A DNA stretch of 64,000 nt from Botryllus schlosseri (taxonomy: Eukaryota), in contig CM119381.1 in the NCBI GenBank assembly GCA_051294905.1, positions 8,804,001-8,868,000 of the forward strand, written 5' to 3'. The notes beneath the pieces are model-generated. The model was given only the letters and a program-made list of their open reading frames with translations, was not told the DNA's origin and did no database searches. The position numbers were made by a program, and so were the translations under genes. This document shows positions 63,372 to 64,000 of the stretch, piece by piece (the first letter of the stretch is position 1; each line of letters starts with the position of its first letter).

Positions 63372-64000
63372 TAGGGTTGCCATACGTCCGGAATTTCCCG
63401 GACATGTCCGGAATTTCACCGAAAAATCTGCGTCCGGGAGGAATTTCTAAAATGTGCCTAAATGTCCGGAATTTTGAAGGCTTGAAGCAGACTCCAAAGT
63501 TTTTCGTAAATCAACATAAACAATGTTATTTTCAAGCAGATTTATGCTATTCAAAATTGTTCTTCGCGCCGCGCACGAGTTAATGCAATGTATAATGATA
63601 TTAGTATGGGCTCCAGGCACCACCCTCGCCAAAAATGCAATCAAAATAAATATAAATAACCATTATTTACTGAAATAAGTCTGATTGTAATCGCAATTAT
63701 AAGCTAACGGTATATTCCTAGAGTTGGTTAAAACGATTGGATGCTTCAATCACAGACAGTGGTTCCAAATCTAGGGCTCGTTCACCTTTATCTGGAGATC
63801 GCGATGATGTTGGACGTAATCACCTTCCTATAGGCCGTGAGTAAGTTTGGGCAAGCTAAATGTTTTCAGTAATCAGCTTTACAAGTTTTGAGCTTTGCCA
63901 CGGAACATTTTCAAGTGGGAAACGAGGTCGCGAGCATAAAAGGTTGGAAATCACTGGATGTGCAACCTGCTGGCACTGGCGTAGCAGCATGTGCTGCCGC
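63372..64000. mobile_element. Left part of a non-autonomous hAT-like element homologous to 45715-46789
   Basis: Starts TAGGGTTGCCATACGTCCGGAATTT and is collinear with 45715 onward. It runs off the window. Confidence 0.85.

Overview
Intron-rich animal genomic DNA, not prokaryotic. The compact introns (about 60 nt) and the gene sequences suggest an invertebrate chordate such as a tunicate, which is an inference. Four host genes could be reconstructed by hand using GT-AG splice sites with consistent reading phase: (1) KIF6 kinesin (minus, 19 exons, 891-13428, about 851 aa); (2) legumain (minus, at least 10 exons, 22576-27654, last exon unresolved); (3) a long glutaminase-like gene (plus, about 11 exons, 44450-60075, about 760 aa) that keeps the fold and aligns almost without gaps but has replaced most catalytic and substrate-binding residues (SxxK becomes SCAA); (4) an intronless plant-type (class II, PRS3/PRS4-like) PRPP synthetase (minus, 55455-56435) nested antisense inside an intron of gene 3, with a 262-bp fold-back just upstream. 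This nested pseudo-glutaminase / class II PRPS pair is the most notable feature. The rest is dense with non-autonomous hAT-type MITEs (many with 8-bp target-site duplications, several nested), a Tc1/mariner-like MITE, truncated L2/Crack-like LINE 3' ends, tRNA-derived SINEs, a 124-bp two-variant satellite, and a Ty1/copia 3' fragment (RNase H, PPT, LTR) abutting that satellite. No CRISPR array or intact tRNA/rRNA gene was found. All alignments were done by eye against remembered reference sequences; no database search was run.
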